A stretch of 44,246 bases of DNA. It comes from Nanobdellota archaeon. Its GTDB lineage: Archaea; Nanobdellota; Nanobdellia; Pacearchaeales; GW2011-AR1. The notes under the pieces were generated by a model. That model was not told where the DNA came from. It was given only the letters and a program-made list of their open reading frames with translations, and ran no database searches. Positions within the stretch are counted from its first letter, which is position 1, and the number at the start of each line of letters is the position of its first letter. A program made the position numbers and the translations under genes. The stretch spans positions 1 through 44,246 of the forward strand of contig JBBSXH010000070.1 in the NCBI GenBank assembly GCA_038045865.1, written 5' to 3'. Positions 1-7,581 of this stretch are shown in pieces.

Positions 1-120
1 AAAAAATTCAAGTTAAACTTGTTTTCTTGAATTCTAAATTAAACTAGCATTTATGAAACCTTTAAAAACTAATTAGTCCTATTTAAACAAAAGAATTATC
101 TCTTATATTTAAAAAATAAA

Positions 121-525
121 ATGACAATAACAGAACTTATACAAAATAATCCAAGAACTGCAATAATTATTCTGTCTTTTTTAGTTACACTATTCATAAC
201 TATTATTAATAGTTTAATGATTGATAAAAAAAGAATGAAAGAACTTAAAGACAAGCAAAAATCATTAAAAGAAGAAATGAAACAACATAAAGATAATCCT
301 CAAAAGATGATGGAGATAAACAAGCGAATGATGGAAGATATGCCTGAACAATTAAAACATTCGTTTAAACCTATGTTAGTAACAATTGTGCCTTTGTTAA
401 TCTTGTTTAAATGGTTACAGAGCTCATTTGCACTAACAACAATAGCCTCAACATGGTTATGGTGGTATATTTTATCTTCATTAGTATTCAGTATTGTTTT
501 GAGAAAAATGTTTGGGTTGCAATAG
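121..525 (+). CDS. DUF106 / EMC3-TMCO1-like membrane protein (archaeal YidC/Oxa1-type insertase homologue)
   Basis: The 134-aa ORF has an N-terminal TM helix, a Lys/Glu-rich amphipathic segment (KKRMKELKDKQKSLKEEMKQHKDNPQKMMEINKRMMEDMPEQ) and then two further hydrophobic helices. This is the typical DUF106 layout. Assignment is by architecture only. Confidence 0.55.
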   Translation: MTITELIQNNPRTAIIILSFLVTLFITIINSLMIDKKRMKELKDKQKSLKEEMKQHKDNPQKMMEINKRMMEDMPEQLKHSFKPMLVTIVPLLILFKWLQSSFALTTIASTWLWWYILSSLVFSIVLRKMFGLQ

Positions 526-596
526 TTTTCTTCTCTTTAATAAGAAATAATAATTTTTCTATATTTTTAATAATCTAAGCACAAACTTCTTCTTTT

Positions 597-702
597 AATG
601 TCAGAAATTAAACCCCTTTGAGAGGTAAATAAATGTAGTTTTAATTTCTGAGCATGTCAGGAACAAAGTTCCTGAGCACTATCAAAATCTAAAAGATTTT
701 GA
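597..702. other. Three tandem perfect hairpins between convergent genes
   Basis: The stems are TCAGAAATTAAA (601-612) with TTTAATTTCTGA (640-651); TCAGGAAC (657-664) with GTTCCTGA (668-675); and TCAAAATCT (682-690) with AGATTTTGA (694-702). The first two are framed as ATG-TCAG...CTGA-GCA. Confidence 0.5.
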
Positions 703-723
703 AGTCCTAAAAACAAGTGCCTG

Positions 724-1065
724 TTAAAAATCCACAGGAGGGGCACATTGTTTTTTTGATTCTGGAAGAACATTTTTTTTAGTCAAACTCCAATCAAGCT
801 TTATCAAATTTTTAACAAACTGATTTTCCAAATTGAGTTTAAAATAATCAGACTTACCAATTTTTCTAGTTTTACAGACAATCCCAGACTCTATAAAATA
901 AGGAAAAAATACTTTAAGAGAATTATAACTTACATTGCTTTCTTTTGCTATTTCAGTTATAGGATAATCAAAAAAATGAAATCCTATCAGAAAGTCAAGA
1001 ACTCTTAATTGAGGAGTATCTCCAAACTGCATAAGGAAAAAACTTTTGTTTTCTTTAATTTTCAT
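724..1065 (-). CDS. Winged-helix DNA-binding protein (putative transcriptional regulator)
   Basis: The 113-aa ORF contains an HTH-like stretch, PQLRVLDFLIG...YPITEIAKESNVSYNSLKVFFPYFIESGIVCKTRKIGKSDYFKLN, which reads as helix-turn-helix plus a beta wing. Confidence 0.45.
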   Translation of the reverse strand: MKIKENKSFFLMQFGDTPQLRVLDFLIGFHFFDYPITEIAKESNVSYNSLKVFFPYFIESGIVCKTRKIGKSDYFKLNLENQFVKNLIKLDWSLTKKNVLPESKKQCAPPVDF

Positions 1066-1189
1066 AATATACTTATTTACTTACTCTTTTTAAATCTTTC
1101 TGTAAACTCAAAGAAAACGTCAAAGATAGAAACATTTAAAAATGTCAAAAACCATGTAATAAACATGGAGTGTTGGTTTTTGATCACCT

Positions 1190-1217
1190 AGAAAATCCAA
1201 ATCCATAAGGATTTTCT
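1190..1217. promoter_or_regulatory. 9-bp perfect inverted repeat in the divergent spacer between two small putative DNA-binding protein genes
   Basis: AGAAAATCC (1190-1198) and GGATTTTCT (1209-1217) are separated by 10 nt, 24 nt upstream of the ATG at 1241. Confidence 0.3.
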
Positions 1218-1240
1218 CAGTATTAAAAATATATATTAGT

Positions 1241-1504
1241 ATGGCTTCAAATTTAGAGAAAGCTCAATTAATGTCTGCTTTAGCAAGAAGTAAGGGAAAT
1301 TGGGGAGAAAAGTATGATAGAACTGAGCATTTTAAGAGATTTCAAAATTTAAAAGAAATAATCAAAGAACTTTCTAAAATAGGTTGGTTAATTATTCATA
1401 ATAAATCTCAATATATAGGAATTTCTTTAAACACACGATTCAAAAGAGAAATTATAGAATTTATTGAAAGAGAAATACCTCATCTGAAAGGAATTATAAC
1501 CTAA
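1241..1504 (+). CDS. Small hypothetical protein (possible wHTH)
   Basis: This is a clean 87-aa ORF, divergent from 724-1065, with no overlapping better ORF. I recognise no diagnostic motif. Confidence 0.35.
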   Translation: MASNLEKAQLMSALARSKGNWGEKYDRTEHFKRFQNLKEIIKELSKIGWLIIHNKSQYIGISLNTRFKREIIEFIEREIPHLKGIIT

Positions 1505-1508
1505 ATAT

Positions 1509-1949
1509 TTATTTAGATATTGCTCTCTTTATTTCTTCTACTTGACTATCTCTTTCTTCATTTTTATCTTTAAACCTTAATAGATTCATTAAAGAATAAA
1601 TTAATCCTGCAAAAAGGATTCCTGCAGAATCAATAAGCATATCTGAAATTGTACAACCTCTATTTGGAACAAATAATTGGTGAATTTCATCAGATATTCC
1701 ATAAATAACTGCAATAATTATTCCAAAATAAATCAAATTCTTGTTTTTCTTTTTTCCTTGAATTAATGAGATTAACAAAAATGCTGATAAAAAGAAAAAA
1801 GCATAAAAATGATATACCATAGATTTCCAAGGAAAACCTCCAGGAATACCTGGAGCAAAACTTAACGAAGAAACATAAAATATAATTATTCCAATAATTA
1901 TAGTAATCATCCAACTTATCTTATTATGCTTTTCAAACCAGAGTATCAT
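1509..1949 (-). CDS. VanZ-like family membrane protein
   Basis: The ORF has four hydrophobic helices and the VanZ signature region GISDEIHQLFVPNRGCTISDMLIDSAGILFAG. Confidence 0.6.
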   Translation of the reverse strand: MILWFEKHNKISWMITIIIGIIIFYVSSLSFAPGIPGGFPWKSMVYHFYAFFFLSAFLLISLIQGKKKNKNLIYFGIIIAVIYGISDEIHQLFVPNRGCTISDMLIDSAGILFAGLIYSLMNLLRFKDKNEERDSQVEEIKRAISK

Positions 1950-2080
1950 TTGCCTTTTTTTATTTAATAAGCATAAAAAATTCTCTATTTAAAATTAATC
2001 ACATTAAGAACTATATCTCTTAATATCTATAAAAATAAATTTTAAATCTGCAACAAATAAAACTAATCTAATAATAAACA

Positions 2081-2139
2081 AAACTAAATCGCTATGGCTT
2101 TTTGTTCAAGTTAAGCAATTAATTGCAAAGCTAAATCAA
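2081..2139. repeat. Paired short motifs shared with 7521-7581
   Basis: AAACTAAATCGCT (2081-2093) and CAAAGCTAAATCAA (2126-2139) both recur exactly at 7569-7581 and 7521-7534, in the opposite relative order. Confidence 0.6.
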
Positions 2140-2244
2140 ATAAGCCAAAATAGTTTAAGGGAGTTATAAATTATTAAAAGTAAAGTATAAAATAAGAAAA
2201 ATTAAAGTAGAAACCATTAAAAACCCTTAATTCTCAAATCAAAT

Positions 2245-2649
2245 ATGAACCAAGAAAAATTAATACAATTGCGAATTATAGAACAAGAAGCAAACCAATT
2301 AGAACAACAATTACAGATAATAGAACAGCATATTTCTGACATGCAAAAAATAAATAATGGATTAGATGAAATTGAAAAAACACAAGATAAAGAAATTTTA
2401 GCAAATATTGGAAAAGGCATTTATATTCCTGCTCAGATTAAAAGCAAGGATTTAATTGTAGAAATTGGAAGCAAAAACTTTGTAAAAAAAACAATTCCAG
2501 AAACCAAAAAAATAATTGAAGAACAATTAAAAAAATTAATAGCATTTAAACATCAGGTTATTGAAAAAGTTGGTGAAATGCAAGAACAGATGAATATGCT
2601 GATGAGTGAAGAAAGAGAGGATATGGATGAAGAAGAGAAAGAAGAATAA
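2245..2649 (+). CDS. pfdA: Prefoldin alpha subunit
   Basis: Coiled-coil N- and C-terminal arms (QLEQQLQIIEQHISDMQK and KKIIEEQLKKLIAFKHQVIEKVGEMQEQMNML) flank a double beta-hairpin core (ILANIGKGIYIPAQIKSKDLIVEIGSKNFVKKT). That arrangement is typical of the alpha-class subunit. Confidence 0.7.
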   Translation: MNQEKLIQLRIIEQEANQLEQQLQIIEQHISDMQKINNGLDEIEKTQDKEILANIGKGIYIPAQIKSKDLIVEIGSKNFVKKTIPETKKIIEEQLKKLIAFKHQVIEKVGEMQEQMNMLMSEEREDMDEEEKEE

Positions 2650-3468
2650 TTATTTTCTCACTTTCCTCAAAAACTTATCATAACTCAACTTTCCATATTC
2701 ACTGATTATTGCTGTGACATATTTTTTATCAATTAATTCAAATGCAGGATTTTCTATTCTTATCCCTTTTATTCCTTTTGAAGTATTCCAAACTTCTTTA
2801 AAATTTCTTTGTTCTAATTTTATTTTAGAAATATATTTTAATGAATCTGCGAGGATATAAACAGGAATTTTATTATCATAAGCAATTTCAGAAAACATCC
2901 CGCTTCCTACTTTATTTATTACCCCATTTTTTAAAATAGCATCTGTTCCTAAGATTACTAAATCTGCATGAATTTTATCTTTTCTATTTTCTTTTTCAAG
3001 TGCAATTCCTGCAGCAGAATCTACAAACATTGTAACCTTGATTCCTGCTTTTCTTAATTGTATTGCAGTTATTCTCCCCTGATATAAAGGGCGGGCTTCT
3101 GTATTATAAACTTCAAATCTTTTTCCTTTTTTATTACAATAAATTAATGCTTCAACAACAGTTGAAGAATGGCAGTGAGTAAATACAACATTTCCATTTT
3201 TTATTAGTTTGAAAACTTCTTTATTCATAATATCTTGATTATACTTTAATCTTTCAATTAATCCTTTAGGAGAAAGATTTTCTTTTTTATTTAAGACATT
3301 TATTAAAAATGGCTCAGTTGGACGAACAGAAATTATCTTCTTTTTTGAAGCTTCAGAAGGATTTAATCTATATGCTTTAAGTCCTGCAATAGCAACATTT
3401 CTTGCACCCTGAATTTTAATTGATTTAATATCTCTTAAAATTTTATTAAATTCTTTTTGTTTATTCAT
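2650..3468 (-). CDS. eIF-2B alpha/beta/delta family protein, ribose-1,5-bisphosphate isomerase-like
   Basis: The 272-aa ORF starts with IKIQGARNVAIAGLKAY, carries FTHCHSSTVVEAL and ends with LGTDAILKNGVINKVGSGMFSEIAYDNKIPVYILADSLK. This is the classical IF-2B family core, and the short archaeal form is usually the R15P isomerase type. Confidence 0.7.
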   Translation of the reverse strand: MNKQKEFNKILRDIKSIKIQGARNVAIAGLKAYRLNPSEASKKKIISVRPTEPFLINVLNKKENLSPKGLIERLKYNQDIMNKEVFKLIKNGNVVFTHCHSSTVVEALIYCNKKGKRFEVYNTEARPLYQGRITAIQLRKAGIKVTMFVDSAAGIALEKENRKDKIHADLVILGTDAILKNGVINKVGSGMFSEIAYDNKIPVYILADSLKYISKIKLEQRNFKEVWNTSKGIKGIRIENPAFELIDKKYVTAIISEYGKLSYDKFLRKVRK

Positions 3469-3594
3469 CTTTCCTCTTTAAATTAATTAAAACATTAGTG
3501 TATAAAAATCTGTTGATGACACATGAAAATATAAAGTTAATAACTATTAAATTAAGCAAAACAAGTTTAAGCTTAATTTCTTTTCTTTCTAATA

Positions 3595-3698
3595 GTGTTA
3601 TAATCATAATCGCGAGGTTTAATCATCTGCAAATCTTAAAGAATTAATTTCAAATTTTAAACAATCATCTGCAAAGCGAATAAGGTTTACACATTATC
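3595..3698 (-). repeat. Intergenic repeat, copy B (inverted relative to copy E)
   Basis: See copy E for the shared blocks. Internally it also carries AATCATCTGCAAA twice (3621-3633 and 3663-3675). Confidence 0.7.
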
Positions 3699-3710
3699 AA
3701 AAAGCAAAAG

Positions 3711-3744
3711 AAAATTAGGATTAGGACTTGTCTTTCCTAATTTT
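3711..3744 (-). terminator. 10-bp perfect hairpin followed by a T-rich tract on the minus strand, downstream of the PIN gene
   Basis: AAAATTAGGA (3711-3720) pairs with TCCTAATTTT (3735-3744). On the minus strand it is followed by CTTTTGCTTTTT. Terminator function is inferred only. Confidence 0.25.
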
Positions 3745-3901
3745 CTCTTAACCAGAATATTTATAAATTATGAATGTTTATATAAAATAAGTTAAAATGA
3801 AGAATAAAAAGCAAAAGTCTACTGCTAAAGAAATCAAGAAAATTCAAGATATAGTTATAACCATAAGAAATGACCCCAAAGCTATGGAACAGGCACGAAA
3901 A

Positions 3902-4387
3902 TTAATAGTTAGTTGTTCCTAAATATTTTCTTTTCAAATCAGTATATCTATAAAAACTAGGAGTTCTATAGTTGTATTTTAAGTTTATTTCTTCAAAAGA
4001 CTTTCTTAAAATAGGATTATGCATAGATTTGTTATCATCAGAAAAAATTAGATTAAATCCCTTTATACTTGCACAAGCAACAATTCTTAAATCATTCATA
4101 AAATTCTTATCTTTACTTTGATTTCCTCCAAGATTCTTAAATTCTTTAAAATATAAATCAGCTACTTTTTCTATATGATTATCAATAGGTATTGAAGTAT
4201 TGCATACTAAACTATCATAAAGTGGAAGTATTTTTGGAGCTTGCCTTAATTCATCTCTTATAATCTTAAAATTATGGATTATAAAAAGTTTATCTAGTTT
4301 AATTGCTTCTACAAGTTTTAAAGAATCCTCTTTATCATCAGCTATAATCTTTCCATAAATATTTGTGTCTAAGATTACTCCAACCAT
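3902..4387 (-). CDS. PIN-domain protein (putative ribonuclease)
   Basis: An N-terminal VILDTNIY acidic motif is followed by spaced acidic residues (RDEL, MNDLRIVA, FSDDN), consistent with a PIN fold. No partner antitoxin ORF lies upstream. Confidence 0.5.
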   Translation of the reverse strand: MVGVILDTNIYGKIIADDKEDSLKLVEAIKLDKLFIIHNFKIIRDELRQAPKILPLYDSLVCNTSIPIDNHIEKVADLYFKEFKNLGGNQSKDKNFMNDLRIVACASIKGFNLIFSDDNKSMHNPILRKSFEEINLKYNYRTPSFYRYTDLKRKYLGTTNY

Positions 4388-4420
4388 TTTTATTTAAGAA
4401 TTATAATTAATTATTTAAAT

Positions 4421-4517
4421 ATTGTGTTTTATGAATCATAATAGTTATGGTTTATGTTCATCAAGCTGGATAATTAATCACAAAGCGAATCATTTGAGAT
4501 TATCAACAAATCTCACC
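4421..4517 (-). repeat. Intergenic repeat, degenerate or deleted copy C
   Basis: GTGTTTTATGAATCATAATAGTTATGGTTTAT aligns with the start of copy B. ATTAATCACAAAGCGAATCATTTGAGATT combines the ATTAAT and CAAAGCGAAT blocks. It ends in a 7-bp hairpin, TGAGATT/AATCTCA. Confidence 0.4.
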
Positions 4518-4572
4518 CAATAATATTTAAAAGGATGTTTATACTTATTAATTAAAGGAGATAAAATAAATC

Positions 4573-5433
4573 ATGTTAGAAATGTTAATCAATCCAGCAA
4601 AGGCAGAAAAACAACCCTGGGAAATGTTTTTTATTGGGGCATTTTATGCAATAATTTCTTTATTCTTAGTTAAATGGATTTTTTCAGGAGACCCTGTGCT
4701 TTCAAAATATTCAGGAATATTAGTCGTAACTTTTTGTGTTATGTTTTCTATCCCATTTATTTATTATACTTTTAAATTAGAAGAAGAAAGAGACTTGGCA
4801 GTAACTGGATTTAAAAGATTATTGGTTGAACATAGAAGTGCACTATTTGCAATGATGTTTTTATTTTTTGGATTTGTTCTTGCTTTCTCATTTTGGTATG
4901 TCGCTTTTCCTGGTGGAAATCAAAACTTCAGGGCACAGATTGAAACATATTGTATGATAAATAAACCTGCTAATTTTAATGATTGTATTGCTGAATATGG
5001 GATTAAAGACATTTCAAAAACAACTGGCTTTCTTAGTGCAAAAGAAAAAATAGTCAATATTTTTGCAAATAATATTTATGTCTTAATCTTCACATTAGTC
5101 TTTTCTTTAATTTTTGGGGCAGGAGCAATATTTATATTAGCCTGGAATGCGAGTGTAATAAGCTCTGCAATAGGTATTTTTGCTAATTCTAAATTAATTA
5201 ACCTTCCATTAGGAATAGCAAGATATGCAATACACGGAATTCCTGAAATTGCTGCTTATTTTATAGGAGCCTTGGCAGGAGGAATTATTAGTATAGCGGT
5301 AATAAAACATGATGTTCATTCTGAAAAATTCTGGGTTATTTTGCAAGACTCATTAAATTTAGTAATTATTTCAGTAGTAATCTTGTTTATTGCTGCATTA
5401 ATCGAAGTGTTTGTTACACCGATTGTGTTTTAG
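4573..5433 (+). CDS. SpoIIM/DUF95-family integral membrane protein
   Basis: This is a multi-pass membrane protein with the conserved segment ARYAIHGIPEIAAYFIGALAGG, which is characteristic of the stage II sporulation protein M-like (DUF95) family. Confidence 0.55.
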   Translation: MLEMLINPAKAEKQPWEMFFIGAFYAIISLFLVKWIFSGDPVLSKYSGILVVTFCVMFSIPFIYYTFKLEEERDLAVTGFKRLLVEHRSALFAMMFLFFGFVLAFSFWYVAFPGGNQNFRAQIETYCMINKPANFNDCIAEYGIKDISKTTGFLSAKEKIVNIFANNIYVLIFTLVFSLIFGAGAIFILAWNASVISSAIGIFANSKLINLPLGIARYAIHGIPEIAAYFIGALAGGIISIAVIKHDVHSEKFWVILQDSLNLVIISVVILFIAALIEVFVTPIVF

Positions 5434-5464
5434 AATAATTGATTTATGAATTAGACTATTTTAT

Positions 5465-5580
5465 ATTTGTTAAATCATAATCGCTTTGAATTTAATCTCT
5501 TAATCTTTTAATGTGATAAACATAGCTGTTAAAATTATATCTTATTAGAAAATATATCCTAAGTAAATTTAGGTTACATA
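5465..5580 (-). repeat. Intergenic repeat, degenerate copy D (same orientation as copy B)
   Basis: TGTTAAATCATAATCGCTTTGAATTTAATC aligns with TGTTATAATCATAATCGCGAGGTTTAATC of copy B (12-nt exact AATCATAATCGC). The distal TTAGGTTACATA aligns with AAGGTTTACACA of copy B. Confidence 0.5.
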
Positions 5581-5637
5581 GAGACCTATAATTCTAAATA
5601 CCTAAATCCTTTTAAATAAAATTTTCTCTTAAAATTT

Positions 5638-7059
5638 ATGGATTTCAAGAAGATAATCAATGATTTTTCCAAAAGAAAAATTTTAGTTGTTGGAGATGTT
5701 ATGCTGGATAGTTATATTTATGGAGATGTTGAAAGAATAAGCCCAGAAGCGCCTGTTCCTGTTGTAAGAATAACTAAAGAAGTTTATGAACTAGGAGGAG
5801 CAGCTAATGTTGCTGCAAATATTTCTTCTTTGAGAGGTAAAGCTTTTTTATTAGGTTATGTTGGAAAAGATAATTCTAAAACTATTTTGATAAACAAACT
5901 TAATGAAAAAAATGTGAAATTCAATCTTTATGATTCTTTAGAACAAACAATTCAAAAAACAAGAATAATTGGAAATGGACATCAAATAGCAAGGATTGAT
6001 AAAGAGGGCTCTAAAAAAGTTTCAGAACAAAATGAAGAAGAATTAGCCAAGAGAATAGTTTCAGAAAATCCCGAGATTATAATTGCCTCAGACTATGCAA
6101 AAGGATGTTTAACAAATAATCTTTTTTCTTTAATAAAAAAATATAATCCTACTACAAAAATAATAATTGACCCAAAACCAAAGAATAAGATAGATTATAG
6201 GGGAGCTTATTTAATTACTCCGAATCTTAAAGAGGGTAAAGAACTAACTGGCCTTGAAAACATTAATGAAATAGGAAAAGAATTACAAAAAAAATATGGT
6301 TGTAATGTTCTTTTAACTCTTGGAAAAGATGGATCAATTTTATTTGAAGGAAAAAATATAATCAGCCTACCTACTCAGGCAAAAGAAGTTTTTGATGTTA
6401 CTGGGGCAGGAGATACCTTAATTGCTACTATAGGTTTAGGATTAGGTTCAGGATTAAACTTAGAAAATTCTATTTTTTTAGCGAATCATGCTGCAGGAAT
6501 TGTTGTAGGAAAAGCAGGGACTGCTACAATATCTTCAAGTGAATTAGAGCAAGTTATTGATTCTGAAAATAAGAAAATAAAATCCTTAGATGAATTAATG
6601 GGTATCTGTGCAGATTATAAAAGAAAAGGGAAAAAAATTGCCTGGACAAATGGTTGTTTTGAAATACTTCATGCAGGACATGTAAACTATCTTAAACAAG
6701 CAAAATCAAAAGGAGATTATCTTATTGTAGGATTAAATAGTGATGATTCTGTAAGAGTTTTAAAAGGAGAAGATAAATCTATTGTTCCTCAGGAACAAAG
6801 AGCAGAAGTTTTAGCGGGATTAAACTCTGTAGATTATGTTACTATCTTTAATGAAAAAACTGTTTCAAATTGTTTGGAAGCATTAAGACCAGATGTTTAT
6901 GTAAAAGGAGGAGATTATGATATTGAAAAAATGGATCAAGACGAGAGAAAGATAATTGAAAGATATGGAGGAAATTTTGCATTTATTCCTTTTGTAAATA
7001 ATATTTCAACCTCCAAAATTATTAGGAAGATACAAGGCAAGGGGACAAATGAGAGATAA
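5638..7059 (+). CDS. hldE: Bifunctional D-beta-D-heptose 7-phosphate kinase / D-beta-D-heptose 1-phosphate adenylyltransferase (RfaE/HldE type)
   Basis: The N-terminal pfkB-type kinase domain starts with the RfaE-I signature KILVVGDVMLDSYIYGDVERISPEAPVPVV and carries the anion-hole motif DVTGAGDTLIA. The C-terminal cytidylyltransferase-like domain has WTNGCFEILHAGHVNYLKQAKSKGDYLIVGLNSDDSV (HxGH). Confidence 0.85.
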   Translation: MDFKKIINDFSKRKILVVGDVMLDSYIYGDVERISPEAPVPVVRITKEVYELGGAANVAANISSLRGKAFLLGYVGKDNSKTILINKLNEKNVKFNLYDSLEQTIQKTRIIGNGHQIARIDKEGSKKVSEQNEEELAKRIVSENPEIIIASDYAKGCLTNNLFSLIKKYNPTTKIIIDPKPKNKIDYRGAYLITPNLKEGKELTGLENINEIGKELQKKYGCNVLLTLGKDGSILFEGKNIISLPTQAKEVFDVTGAGDTLIATIGLGLGSGLNLENSIFLANHAAGIVVGKAGTATISSSELEQVIDSENKKIKSLDELMGICADYKRKGKKIAWTNGCFEILHAGHVNYLKQAKSKGDYLIVGLNSDDSVRVLKGEDKSIVPQEQRAEVLAGLNSVDYVTIFNEKTVSNCLEALRPDVYVKGGDYDIEKMDQDERKIIERYGGNFAFIPFVNNISTSKIIRKIQGKGTNER

Positions 7060-7083
7060 TACTCTTTTTAGAATACTATTTAG

Positions 7084-7190
7084 TAATGTGTAAATCTTAC
7101 CATTTTTGCAGATGATAAAGCCATAGCTTTGAAATTAATCATTTAAGATTTGGGTGATGAAAATAATTTTTGAAGATTATAAAATAATTA
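7084..7190 (+). repeat. Intergenic repeat, copy E (taken as reference orientation)
   Basis: It shares four exact 11-12-nt blocks, in the same order and similar spacing, with the reverse complement of 3595-3698. The blocks are TAATGTGTAAA, TTTGCAGATGAT, TTTGAAATTAAT and TTTAAGATTTG. Confidence 0.7.
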
Positions 7191-7358
7191 TTAATTTAAC
7201 ACACAGAGATATCTTCCAACAAAACTTCTTGCTAATTTTTCCAAACATTGTTCTTAGAATATTATCAAAAGTTAAAGTGGTTCTGTCCATCAGAAAACAC
7301 ACCAAATTTCATCTTAAGTAAATTTAAAAACTCCTTTTATCTTAATTTTTCATAAAAA

Positions 7359-7505
7359 ATGGTTAAATGGATATGTACACATTGTAATTTTAGGTTTGAA
7401 ACAAATAAACCAAACGATTGTCCTTATTGTGGAAAAAAATCTCTTGAAAAAGAACCAAATGCAGAAGAATTATTAAATGAAATTGGAGGAATTTTAGATA
7501 ATTAG
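7359..7505 (+). CDS. Small zinc-ribbon protein (48 aa; absent from the supplied ORF track)
   Basis: Hand translation gives MVKWICTHCNFRFETNKPNDCPYCGKKSLEKEPNAEELLNEIGGILDN, with CxxC...CxxC spacing typical of a rubredoxin-like zinc ribbon. It sits in an otherwise empty 600-nt gap. Confidence 0.45.
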   Translation: MVKWICTHCNFRFETNKPNDCPYCGKKSLEKEPNAEELLNEIGGILDN

Positions 7506-7520
7506 ATAAACAATTCACCA

Positions 7521-7581
7521 CAAAGCTAAATCAACTCAAACAATACAAATACTATTTAATAATATTTCAAACTAAATCGCT
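7521..7581. repeat. Paired short motifs shared with 2081-2139
   Basis: CAAAGCTAAATCAA lies at 7521-7534 and AAACTAAATCGCT at 7569-7581. These are exact 14-mer and 13-mer matches to the spacer upstream of pfdA. Confidence 0.6.

Noticed and set aside
1009-1191. Short ORF-track entries that lie antisense to, or overlap, much longer and better-supported genes. They are 1009-1191, 1690-1914, 2217-2420, 8707-8898, 9528-9896, 11812-12060, 20082-20330, 21099-21281, 25110-25316, 27256-27555, 29065-29295, 31459-31641, 40731-40946, 43038-43223 and 43211-43399.
   Set aside because: All are 60-122 aa and low-complexity (Ile/Phe/Leu/Ser/Asn-rich, as expected from the reverse frames of AT-rich genes). None has a recognisable motif. 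Each overlaps a longer ORF that has clear family signatures.
3514-3519. C/D-box sRNA candidates. UGAUGA-like C boxes occur at 3514-3519 (GTTGATGAC) and 7154-7160 (GTGATGA), next to the spacer repeats.
   Set aside because: I could not find a matching D box (CUGA) with a terminal stem at the expected 50-70-nt distance on the same strand. The two sites are also not in equivalent positions or orientations relative to the repeat copies.
3797-3922. The 41-aa plus-strand ORF as the antitoxin of the PIN gene.
   Set aside because: It is convergent with the PIN gene and overlaps its 3' end rather than lying upstream in the same operon. It has no RHH, AbrB or Phd-like motif that I can see. It is kept only as a remark within a finding.
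3595-7190. Calling the spacer repeat family a MITE or IS remnant.
   Set aside because: I found no terminal inverted repeats, no target-site duplications and no transposase or integrase ORF anywhere in the window. I therefore report it only as a repeat family of unknown nature.
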